NCBI GenBank assembly: GCA_949297055.1
Contig: CASFRI010000033.1
Span: 1-56,227, forward strand
Origin: an uncultured bacterium
GTDB taxonomy: Bacteria; Bacillota_I; Bacilli_A; RFN20; CAG-826
DNA: 56,227 nucleotides
Reading direction: 5' to 3'
Shown piece after piece: positions 1 to 7,887 of this stretch (position 1 is its first letter; each line of letters opens with the position of its first letter). The notes under the pieces were generated by a model. That model did no database searches and was not told the origin of the DNA. It saw only the letters and a list, made by a program, of their open reading frames with translations. The position numbers and the translations under genes are program-made.

Positions 1-26
1 ATTTAATAGTTTTTTATTTAATGATT

Positions 27-236
27 TTATCTATAAAAGTCTTTGTTTTTAAATGAAGCAACAATAGTGGAAAGATCATCGATTGGTAAATTTAAACATT
101 TTCGAATCGTATGCGTTTTTCCCACTTGTCTTAATCCGTTAATAAGCAATGCTTTGTGAATATTATTTTTCTCTCTTTCGCCACTATTAAGAATAAAATC
201 TTCGATTGTTTTCTCAATTTTTCTAGTCAATTCCAC
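27..236 (-). pseudogene. N-terminal fragment of an AAA_14/DUF4143-type ATPase (69 codons, then stop)
   Basis: Walker A GLRQVGKTHT sits at the same relative position as GARQVGKST in the intact 410-aa paralogue at 52480..53712. The ORF stops after 69 aa. The window edge hides any continuation. Confidence 0.5.
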
Positions 237-271
237 GACTAAAATACAGAATATTTCAGCATCTCAATCAA

Positions 272-355
272 GAATTTTCGGGAAAAAAATAACGAAAATT
301 CCAGAATTTTAAGGAAAATTATCCTGAAAATTCTTAATTACATTAGATGAAAATT
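272..355. repeat. Cluster of GAAAATTC / GAATTTTC octamers and partial copies
   Basis: GAATTTTC at 272..279; GAAAATTC at 294..301 and 326..333; 7-mer partial copies at 304..310, 314..320 and 349..355. The cluster lies just upstream of the truncated ATPase start at 236. Confidence 0.6.
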
Positions 356-757
356 GTTGGTTATTCATTAATGAATAAGTAGTGATTTATATTTATTGTT
401 TATCTTTGCGTTTAATTTTTCTAAAACTTGTTTCTTAGTTTCTTTATTTAAATCGCAAAAAATCTTTCTTGTTATATTCGCTATTATTAATTTTGCTGCT
501 AAGAGGCAATATTAAAAATAAAGTTTGGGCTAATTTTTGATTCTGTTGAACTATTTTTGATATTTGTTTTTGGAGAAGTTGAAAATTGGCTTCTTCACTA
601 TACTTCTCTAATTTTGTTTTGGAATCAAGTCTTTCTTTATTTACAATCACACTAATTCCATTCATTAATTTGATTGCAATAATTAATTTCTTTTTATAAA
701 TCAACAAATGTGATAATTTATTTTTAAATAAATTTAAATTTATTTTAGGAGAATAAA

Positions 758-2500
758 ATGAAAGAATCACCTGTCACAATCAAAGAAATTGTAGAAGAAA
801 TTGATAGCAAAACGATTTTGTTGCCCGCTATGCAAAGGCAGTTTGTTTGGTCCGAAGATAAGATTATTAACTTATTTGATTCTATTATGAAGGAATACCC
901 TTTTGGGGAATTTATTTTATGGCATATTGAAAATAAGGATAAAATTAAAAAATACCAATTTTATGAATTTGTCAAAGAATATTCTAAAAGAGATAATACT
1001 AAACATAAACGCGCAGGTTCGATAGGCAAAGATTCAATTTATGTTGTGTTAGATGGCCAACAAAGATTAACTTCGCTTTATATTGCGATTAAAGGAAGTT
1101 ATGAAACCATTAAAAAAGGAAAACACAAAAACAAAAATGAAAATTGGAAAAGAAAAAATTTATACATAATTCCTAGCACACCCATCGAAGAGAGAGATGA
1201 CGATAATGAGATTTCATGGAAATTTTGTTTTCTAGATGAAGAAACCGTTGAGGATAAAAATTCTATTGCTAAAAATGATTGGGAAAAATATTACCCTGTG
1301 TCGGATTTTTATAATATGTCTAAAGAAGAATTGAGAGAAAAATTTGACGTTGGACAAATAAGAAAAAATAATAAATATTTAAATGTTTTAGATAATTTAC
1401 GTGTGAAGCTTAACGAGGCAGAAATAATTAAATATGATTCTATTGGAGATAGAAACATTAGTGATATCTTAGAAATCTTTACAAGGATTAATAATGGCGG
1501 AACGAAGCTTGAACCAATTGAATTGCTTTTCTCATACGTTATTACATCGTGGGATGAAGGCAAAGACAAAATTACTCATTTTATTGAAGAAATCAACAGG
1601 GAAGAAATCATTAAGTTAAAGGAAGATTTTGTTATTAAAGCATGTTTATATTTATTAAACAAACCCGCAAGTGCAAAACTAGATTCGTTAACTACAGATA
1701 CAATTGATGAAATTAAAAATAATTGGAGTAAAATAACAGAAGCAATTCGCAATACAATAAAATTCCTAAAAGATCATCTTTACGTAAACGAGGCAATTCG
1801 TTCGTATAATGCTTTACTTCCAATCATTTATTATTACTTCTACAACGGTAATAAAGTAAAAGATAAAGTGGAAAAAGAGTTATATTTATTCTTTGCTATT
1901 TCGCAATTGTTTTCGTTGTTTGGGGCAAACACCACTAATGTATTAGAAACTGTAAGAAAGCACATGTGCAAAAATGAGCAACTAGGAAATCTTAAAGTCG
2001 ATTTTAAGATAAGCGATTTGTACGACATAACATTAGGTGCAAGAATAAACGTATTTAAAATTACCCGCGAGCAAATAAAAAGCCTAGTTGATAAAACTTC
2101 ATATGGAGATAGAAAATTGTGTGCTTTACTAGCGTTTTTACAACCAAATATAAAATTAAACGCTAACGAGTTCGATGTTGATCATGTAATTTCAAAAAAA
2201 CAAATTAGCAAAATATGTAGATACAATTCTGACTCAAAAGCAAGAGCTGACCAAATCAAAAATAAAATATCTAATTTACAATTACTTCAATATCAAGAAA
2301 ACAGAGGGGATAAAAACGACGCCAATCTATATCACTGGGTAGTTGAATTAGGTAATAAAATTCCGTTTGATCCATATGAAAACGATCATGATCCTGAGCT
2401 TTATGAAATTGAGAATATTGATCAGTTTGAAAACTTCTTTACCAAAAGGCGTGATTTAATTATTAATTATTTATGTGAGAAACTAAATGTTAAAGAATAA
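758..2500 (+). CDS. DUF262 (ParB-like NTPase) plus DUF1524 (His-Me finger) protein, GmrSD-like type IV restriction candidate
   Basis: N-terminal LLPAMQRQFVW and DGQQRLTSL motifs. C-terminal DVDHVISK...ISNLQLLQYQENRGDKND resembles the H...N...N nuclease motif. AGGAG lies 7 nt upstream of the ATG. Confidence 0.8.
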   Translation: MKESPVTIKEIVEEIDSKTILLPAMQRQFVWSEDKIINLFDSIMKEYPFGEFILWHIENKDKIKKYQFYEFVKEYSKRDNTKHKRAGSIGKDSIYVVLDGQQRLTSLYIAIKGSYETIKKGKHKNKNENWKRKNLYIIPSTPIEERDDDNEISWKFCFLDEETVEDKNSIAKNDWEKYYPVSDFYNMSKEELREKFDVGQIRKNNKYLNVLDNLRVKLNEAEIIKYDSIGDRNISDILEIFTRINNGGTKLEPIELLFSYVITSWDEGKDKITHFIEEINREEIIKLKEDFVIKACLYLLNKPASAKLDSLTTDTIDEIKNNWSKITEAIRNTIKFLKDHLYVNEAIRSYNALLPIIYYYFYNGNKVKDKVEKELYLFFAISQLFSLFGANTTNVLETVRKHMCKNEQLGNLKVDFKISDLYDITLGARINVFKITREQIKSLVDKTSYGDRKLCALLAFLQPNIKLNANEFDVDHVISKKQISKICRYNSDSKARADQIKNKISNLQLLQYQENRGDKNDANLYHWVVELGNKIPFDPYENDHDPELYEIENIDQFENFFTKRRDLIINYLCEKLNVKE

Positions 2501-2514
2501 TTGGATATTTTGAG

Positions 2515-2748
2515 TTAAATTCTTCTATTACCAATCTTATACACACTAGAGCCACTCCACTGGACTCTTTCACCATTGACCTTATAAAGTTTATTACCGG
2601 AATATTCAATTCTCGCATTCCCTACTTTATAGATACGAGCGCCACTATAATGAACTCTTAAATCACCGATGCGGTCTAACTTATTACCGCTCCAACGAGG
2701 TCTACCGCCAAAATAAGCTACTAAAATTTCTTCATCTGACATCATCAT
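2515..2748 (-). CDS. Small protein built from four ~15-aa repeats (YSG-x-[KR]-[IL]-Y-K-[VI]-G); possibly a 4-fold beta-flower-like fold
   Basis: Internal repeats WSGNKLDRIGDLRVH / YSGARIYKVGNARIE / YSGNKLYKVNGERVQ / WSGSSVYKIGNRRI. A strong GAAGGAGGA lies upstream. Confidence 0.6.
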   Translation of the reverse strand: MMMSDEEILVAYFGGRPRWSGNKLDRIGDLRVHYSGARIYKVGNARIEYSGNKLYKVNGERVQWSGSSVYKIGNRRI

Positions 2749-2825
2749 AATTTTTGATATCCTCCTTCAATTAAAGTAATTAAAGGATTCACTAATCTAA
2801 TGTCTAATCAAGAAACGTTTCGTTG

Positions 2826-3806
2826 CTAAGGCTTATAATACTTTTGATTTTTGCTAGTTTTTGCTTCCGGGTTCGTAAGTTTAATTAAACCAAGTTCAAG
2901 CGCAGGATTTAAATAATGACGCATGAACGTTAGGCGCGATTTTAACCCTAAATCTTTCATAAGTTCTTTCGCTGATTTAGGATACGTTTTAATTACTTTG
3001 AGTAAATCTCTAATTTGATCGCTTAAATGTTCAACGTAGCTTTTAACGTCTTTTAATAAATCTTTAATCGCTTCATCAATGCACCTTAACATGAAGATAA
3101 TAAATGCATTACAATTACCGTTTTTTGTCGAAAACATAATCGCATGATAATATTCGTCTTGACGTTCTTTTATAACGCTTTCGATCGGAATAAGTGAAAA
3201 AGTCTTTTTCCAGTGCGTTAATAAAGCACTTTGCCAAAATCTTCCCATCCTTCCATTCCCATCCATAAAAGGATGAATAAATTCAAATTCATAATAAAAA
3301 ACGGAAGATTTGATAAGGATGTGCGTCTTAGAGTTATTGAGCCACTCAAATAATTCATATAATTTTTCCTTAGCGATATGATGAGGCGGAGCCATATGAA
3401 CGACATCCCCTAATTCGTTATAAACCCCAACTTCTTTATTTCTTAATTTACCTGCATCTTCCACTAAGGAATGCATCATTATTTCGTGTATTTTTAATAA
3501 TGAATCTAATTCATAAGGATCAATTTGATCTAGGAGTTCATATGCCTTCATAGCATTTTTAACTTCGGTGATGTCTTTTTTATTACCTATTACTTCTAAT
3601 CCATTAATAACATCTCTTACTTCGTCAACATTTAACTGATTATTTTCAATCGCTAAGGAAGCACAGATGGATTTGATGTTACTTACTTTACGTAGTTCAG
3701 GCACACGCTTAAAATTATCGAAATACTTTAAAGTACCTAGTCTTTCCATAATGCTAGAAATGAGCGCAATCATTTCGTCATTTATATCAAATGGTGGCGT
3801 ATACAA
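2826..3806 (-). CDS. Fic family protein (AMPylase-type) with an intramolecular inhibitory motif and a C-terminal wHTH-like tail
   Basis: Fic motif HPFMDGNGRMGR. An upstream SLAIEN matches (S/T)xxxE(G/N). TTG start lies 10 nt after AGGAGG. Confidence 0.85.
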   Translation of the reverse strand: MYTPPFDINDEMIALISSIMERLGTLKYFDNFKRVPELRKVSNIKSICASLAIENNQLNVDEVRDVINGLEVIGNKKDITEVKNAMKAYELLDQIDPYELDSLLKIHEIMMHSLVEDAGKLRNKEVGVYNELGDVVHMAPPHHIAKEKLYELFEWLNNSKTHILIKSSVFYYEFEFIHPFMDGNGRMGRFWQSALLTHWKKTFSLIPIESVIKERQDEYYHAIMFSTKNGNCNAFIIFMLRCIDEAIKDLLKDVKSYVEHLSDQIRDLLKVIKTYPKSAKELMKDLGLKSRLTFMRHYLNPALELGLIKLTNPEAKTSKNQKYYKP

Positions 3807-3850
3807 AGATAAATTACCTCCTAGATAAAAACATTATATAGAAAAAGAAT

Positions 3851-3886
3851 TATCTTGTATATTATCTTGTATGTTTTCTTGTATGT
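3851..3886. repeat. Three tandem 12-mers overlapping the putative Fic promoter
   Basis: TATCTTGTATAT, TATCTTGTATGT and TTTCTTGTATGT run head to tail. On the minus strand, TATAAT (3833..3838) lies 17 nt from TATACA (3856..3861), which sits inside unit 1. Confidence 0.7.
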
Positions 3887-4025
3887 TTTGTCGTTAATTA
3901 AATTAAGTAATTTAAAATCGTTAATTAACAACTTTTTAATTACGATTGAAATTAAATTTATTTTTGTTTAAAAATAGCGATGAAACCGGAAGTGCACTTC
4001 CATTTTCACCGGAAAAATCATTGTA

Positions 4026-4214
4026 GTGGCTTTAAGAACAGGCCAAGAATTAAATAAAGAAAATATCGCGAGCGCGATTGGTATTAGTGTTAAAACCGTT
4101 GATAATTGGCTTGATATCTTAGAAAAACCTGGTCTTATCATCGATAGCGCTTCAAAAATCACACCTATTAATGAAAAGGCTTATATTTATCCTATCCACC
4201 TCTTAGGAGCGTAG
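4026..4214 (+). pseudogene. Internal fragment of a DUF4143-type ATPase gene
   Basis: LRTGQELNKENIASAIGISVKTVDNWLDILEKPGLI parallels LTGEELIYDKLAKVIGVSLDTIKAWISVLVAGDII of the intact copy. There is no Walker A region and no C-terminal part. Confidence 0.6.
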
Positions 4215-4227
4215 CCCCCTATCTCCA

Positions 4228-5157
4228 CTACTGAATAAACTTATCAATTTTATTTCTAATAAACTTTTTATATTTATCTTTAATGTCTTCATCTAATGGT
4301 GAATGATCGATAATCTTAAACCATTTAGAAGCATCATCAATCATTCTTTCGATTAATAACTTAGATTGAGCTTTATTAATATTCATATATTCACCAAAAT
4401 GGATGAAATCATTTTTCGTAAGATTTTGTCTTTTTCCATTTAATGATAACGCCATTTCTTTTTGATTAATAATAAATTCAGAAGGTACTAGATCGTAGCT
4501 TGGGGCAAGTTTATAACCTTGGCCTTGATTAATTAAAGAAAAATTCTTTAAATGCATATCTGTATTACCTGTCAAATAAGAAAATAAAACGATATTAAAA
4601 AACTTTATTGAATCGATTGTTCTTTGGGAAGAATAAGATAAAGGTAAGCGAAAGCAAAATTCATAAGAGCCATTATATTTATATTCAGTGAGTTTATTTG
4701 ATAATTGACAAAAATCTTCCATCGGATATTTTTTCTTACCATTTCTATCAATTCTTTTCGTTATATAAATATATCTATCATCTTTAACCCTTATAATTGC
4801 ATGAGGTACGACTTCGATGTGAGATGCTTCCGCCATTAACATTAAAGTTTGTTCTAAAAGAACAATGTGGGGGAAACGTTCATCTTCCGTTTTTATTATG
4901 TAGTTTAAACTGCCAATGATTGTAAGTCTATTATTTTTACCTGGCTTAAAAAGGTCTAAAGAGAGTTTTCTTTGAACACCTGTTATTGAGTTTCCACTTC
5001 CTAAAACTTCTTTTGCCAAATTTTCTAATTGTTCTTCTAAAGAAGAAAAATCAGGTAAATTATATGTGCCAAAAAATTTATGAATACATGTATCATGCCA
5101 ATTTGATCTATTATCAGCCAGTAATTCTTTTCCACAGCAAAAACAATATTTATTCAT
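4228..5157 (-). CDS. HipA C-terminal-type Ser/Thr kinase lacking the HipA N-subdomain (HipT-like toxin), with an N-terminal Cys/His cluster
   Basis: Gly-rich loop GNSITGVQRKLSL, catalytic GNTDMHLKNFSL, and APSYDLVPS. The N-terminus reads CFCCGKEL...WHDTCIHKFFG. It overlaps the upstream ORF by 8 nt. Confidence 0.85.
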   Translation of the reverse strand: MNKYCFCCGKELLADNRSNWHDTCIHKFFGTYNLPDFSSLEEQLENLAKEVLGSGNSITGVQRKLSLDLFKPGKNNRLTIIGSLNYIIKTEDERFPHIVLLEQTLMLMAEASHIEVVPHAIIRVKDDRYIYITKRIDRNGKKKYPMEDFCQLSNKLTEYKYNGSYEFCFRLPLSYSSQRTIDSIKFFNIVLFSYLTGNTDMHLKNFSLINQGQGYKLAPSYDLVPSEFIINQKEMALSLNGKRQNLTKNDFIHFGEYMNINKAQSKLLIERMIDDASKWFKIIDHSPLDEDIKDKYKKFIRNKIDKFIQ

Positions 5158-5473
5158 TATTTATTTCCTCAATTGAAACGTTACCAATCACATTTTTACC
5201 GGTTTTAAGTAAGATAGACATACGATCTAAACGATTTAAGTTAAAGTAAGAACACGCTAAATCAAGCAACCATCCTTCGGGAATTAAACCATCAAAGAAA
5301 GGAAATAAATAATTGCTTCTATAAGGTTCTTGTCTTAAAGGTAAGGTTAAAGATATCGCTCTTGCGTTTTCATCTTTTAAATATTCATCAAGATAAGCAA
5401 AAGTAAAACCGTTTTCATCTTGAATAAGGGTGCCTGCCAAAAAATCATCACAATACACATTTGCACTTTTCAT
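5150..5473 (-). CDS. Stand-alone HipA N-terminal subdomain protein (HipS-like)
   Basis: GFTFAYLDEY...ISLTLPL...LFPFFDGLIPEGWLL...GKNVIGNVSI is the Couple_hipA pattern. ATGA overlap with the HTH gene upstream. Confidence 0.8.
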   Translation of the reverse strand: MKSANVYCDDFLAGTLIQDENGFTFAYLDEYLKDENARAISLTLPLRQEPYRSNYLFPFFDGLIPEGWLLDLACSYFNLNRLDRMSILLKTGKNVIGNVSIEEINNE

Positions 5474-5685
5474 TTATTTTTGTCCTCACACTTAATTATT
5501 ACACCTAATTCGCAGTCGAAGAGTCTTAAAACATCGTTTACTTTATCAATTCTTAGCGTTGCTTTGCCGTTTTCTAATTCATTGATGAATTTTGTTGACA
5601 CTCCTGCGTAAAACGCTAAGTCTTCTTGCCTTAGTTTATTCTCTTTGCGTTTTGCTTTGACAAATTCACTTATGTTTTGTTTCAT
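5470..5685 (-). CDS. XRE-family HTH protein (HipB-like)
   Basis: LRQEDLAFYAGVSTKFINELENGK is an HTH_3 pattern. First gene of a three-gene overlapping operon. AGGTGA RBS. Confidence 0.8.
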   Translation of the reverse strand: MKQNISEFVKAKRKENKLRQEDLAFYAGVSTKFINELENGKATLRIDKVNDVLRLFDCELGVIIKCEDKNK

Positions 5686-5697
5686 ATTTTTATCACC

Positions 5698-5810
5698 TAT
5701 CGGTTATTTTATTATTGATATTACAAAAAGACAACACTTTTTTAACTTATCGGTTATTTTTTTTTCTAATTTTAATAAAATCAAAGAAAAATTTAACTAT
5801 CGGTTATTTT
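5698..5810. promoter_or_regulatory. Three identical 13-mers TATCGGTTATTTT spaced exactly 50 bp apart, upstream of the hipB-like gene
   Basis: Copies at 5698..5710, 5748..5760 and 5798..5810. On the minus strand, TTGTCT (5729..5734), a 17-nt spacer and TAAAAT (5706..5711) place copy 1 over the -10 box and start site. Confidence 0.7.
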
Positions 5811-6433
5811 TTATATTCTTTTTCGTACCCCTGCTTATATTCGTCTGGCAAGTATTTAAAAGGAACGTAAAGTATTTCTTTTGATATGTCTAAAGACGCG
5901 AACACAACATTAACGCCTAAATGAAAATTATGAACGCTATTTTTTCTTAAATAAACGCTAGAAACAAAAACGAGATGATTTAAGTTATAAGGTTCAGGTA
6001 TTTCGATATACTTAGCCTCGATATCGTTTCTTGTTAAACATAGATATAAATTTCTTAATTTCTTATCTTTAACTTTTTTTAAAGTTAATAATTCATTTAA
6101 TTTAAAAGCGATATCTTTATATCTAGAAGCATCTTCTTTAAAGTAACGTTCAGGTGAATATAAGACGTAAGTTAACACTAAGTCTTCATCATCTTTATTT
6201 TGTATTTCTCTAAAAGTATAAGCATACGTTAAAGGACTTTTAATTAATTTATTTCTTCGATGATAATCTAGCGTTAAAAAACCTTGAGTCTTTCCTTTAA
6301 AAGAATCTTTTCCAGTTAAAACTTTTTCATCTAATTTAGAAAAACTTATTTTTTGTTTATCGTAATGTTCATTAATTAAATTTAATAAATCTAAATCGTA
6401 ATTCATACCTACAATAATTATATTTAAAGACAT
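5804..6433 (-). CDS. Hypothetical protein with no motif I recognise
   Basis: A 209-codon ORF directly upstream of the hip-like operon on the same strand. No clear RBS at the annotated ATG. Confidence 0.45.
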   Translation of the reverse strand: MSLNIIIVGMNYDLDLLNLINEHYDKQKISFSKLDEKVLTGKDSFKGKTQGFLTLDYHRRNKLIKSPLTYAYTFREIQNKDDEDLVLTYVLYSPERYFKEDASRYKDIAFKLNELLTLKKVKDKKLRNLYLCLTRNDIEAKYIEIPEPYNLNHLVFVSSVYLRKNSVHNFHLGVNVVFASLDISKEILYVPFKYLPDEYKQGYEKEYKK

Positions 6434-6489
6434 CGTTTTTACAATGTGCTACAATTCTTAATTAGAAATTAAGGAGGGATAAATAATTT

Positions 6490-7887
6490 ATGATCTCAAA
6501 TAAATTAGCGAAAGATGTCTTAAATCTCGCCCTCTCCACCGGGGCGGACTTCGCTGAAATTTATCACGAAGATACGCGTAGTCAAAACATCCGCGTGGAA
6601 AATGGTAAGATTCAAAGCATCAATCACTCGAACATCTTAGGTATCGGCCTTCGTATCTTAAAAAATAACGAATGCTATTACGCTTCGATGGATGGTGAAA
6701 AGAAAAATGATTTACTGAAGCTTGCTTTAGAGCTCGCCGCAGCGTTAAGTGAAAAAAGAATCTTAAGTGTAAACGCATTGAAAAACGTCCACTACAAGAA
6801 AAGATTAGATACTTCTTCTCCTATCATCGATGTCGATGTCAAAGAAAAGATCGATCTAGTGAAAAAAGGCGTAGCCGCTATTATGGATTATGATCCAAGG
6901 CTAGTAAGAACAAACGGTAACTTCTCTTCTTCTTTTAAAACTATTACTATTTTTAATAGTAAAGAAGAAAAGATCGTAAGAAATGAACAACGCGCTTCTT
7001 TAACCTTCATGTCCGTCGCTAGCGATGGTAAGAGTTTAGAAAATGCTTTCGTTTCTAGAAACACGCAAAGTGATTTCTCTTTCTATAAGAATTTAGATGT
7101 CGAATCCTTAGCAAGAGATAAAGTCGCTAAGATTGCCATTCAAAACTTAACCGCGAAAGAATGCCCATCTGGTAAGATGCCCGTCGTCATCGGTAATGGC
7201 TGGGGTGGCGTCTTATTTCATGAAGCGTGCGGTCACGCCTTAGAAGCAAGCGCTGCCGCGAAAGGTTTATCAGTTTTTTCTAACATGAAAGGAAAACAAA
7301 TTGCTTCAAGTGTCGTATCAGCTTATGACGATGGAACGATTCCTAATGTTTGGGGTTCGATTGATGTCGATGATGATGGTCACGCGGGAGCGAAGAAGTT
7401 ATTAATTAAAGATGGTATCTTAAATGAATACATGATCGATGATTATAACGGAAGAAGGATGCATGAAATCGGTAATGGCTCGACGAGAAGAGAAAATTAT
7501 CGCTACGCCCCCACTTCTAGAATGACTAATACTTACATCGCGAACGGGGAAAGTAATCCAGAAGATATTATTAAAGCGACGAAGTTAGGCTTATATACCG
7601 TCGGTTTCTTAGGTGGCCAAGTTAACCCTCAAACGGGTGAATTTAATTTCGGTTGTAGCGAAGCTTACATCATCCGCGATGGAAAGATTGCTGAACCAGT
7701 GAAAGGTGCCTCTTTAATCGGGACTTGCCAAGAAATCATGTTAAATATCGATATGGTCGGGAACGATTTAGATTTAGGGGCTGGGATGTGTGGTGCCTCT
7801 AGCGGAAGCGTACCTGTATGCGTTGGTCAACCGACGTTAAGAGTGAAAGAAATTACCGTCGGTGGCCGAGGAGGAAAATTACAATGA
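6490..7887 (+). CDS. tldD: Metalloprotease TldD
   Basis: HEACGHALE motif, full-length TldD-like sequence, and AAGGAGGG RBS. Confidence 0.9.
   Translation: MISNKLAKDVLNLALSTGADFAEIYHEDTRSQNIRVENGKIQSINHSNILGIGLRILKNNECYYASMDGEKKNDLLKLALELAAALSEKRILSVNALKNVHYKKRLDTSSPIIDVDVKEKIDLVKKGVAAIMDYDPRLVRTNGNFSSSFKTITIFNSKEEKIVRNEQRASLTFMSVASDGKSLENAFVSRNTQSDFSFYKNLDVESLARDKVAKIAIQNLTAKECPSGKMPVVIGNGWGGVLFHEACGHALEASAAAKGLSVFSNMKGKQIASSVVSAYDDGTIPNVWGSIDVDDDGHAGAKKLLIKDGILNEYMIDDYNGRRMHEIGNGSTRRENYRYAPTSRMTNTYIANGESNPEDIIKATKLGLYTVGFLGGQVNPQTGEFNFGCSEAYIIRDGKIAEPVKGASLIGTCQEIMLNIDMVGNDLDLGAGMCGASSGSVPVCVGQPTLRVKEITVGGRGGKLQ

Noticed and set aside
444-770. A 108-aa minus-strand ORF overlapping the start of the GmrSD-like gene.
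   Set aside because: It has a GTG start inside the neighbour's start region, and no SD either there or at the internal ATG (665). The sequence is low-complexity and Lys/Leu/Ile-rich. I left it uncalled, though the 237..757 gap remains unexplained.
5645-5884. A 79-aa plus-strand ORF across the hip promoter.
   Set aside because: It is built from the T-rich 13-mer repeat region and overlaps two minus-strand genes, so it is a composition artefact.
7818-7883. An upstream extension of pmbA overlapping the tldD 3' end.
   Set aside because: The ATGA-coupled start at 7884 has a GGAGGAAAA RBS, and the extension has no PmbA-like sequence.
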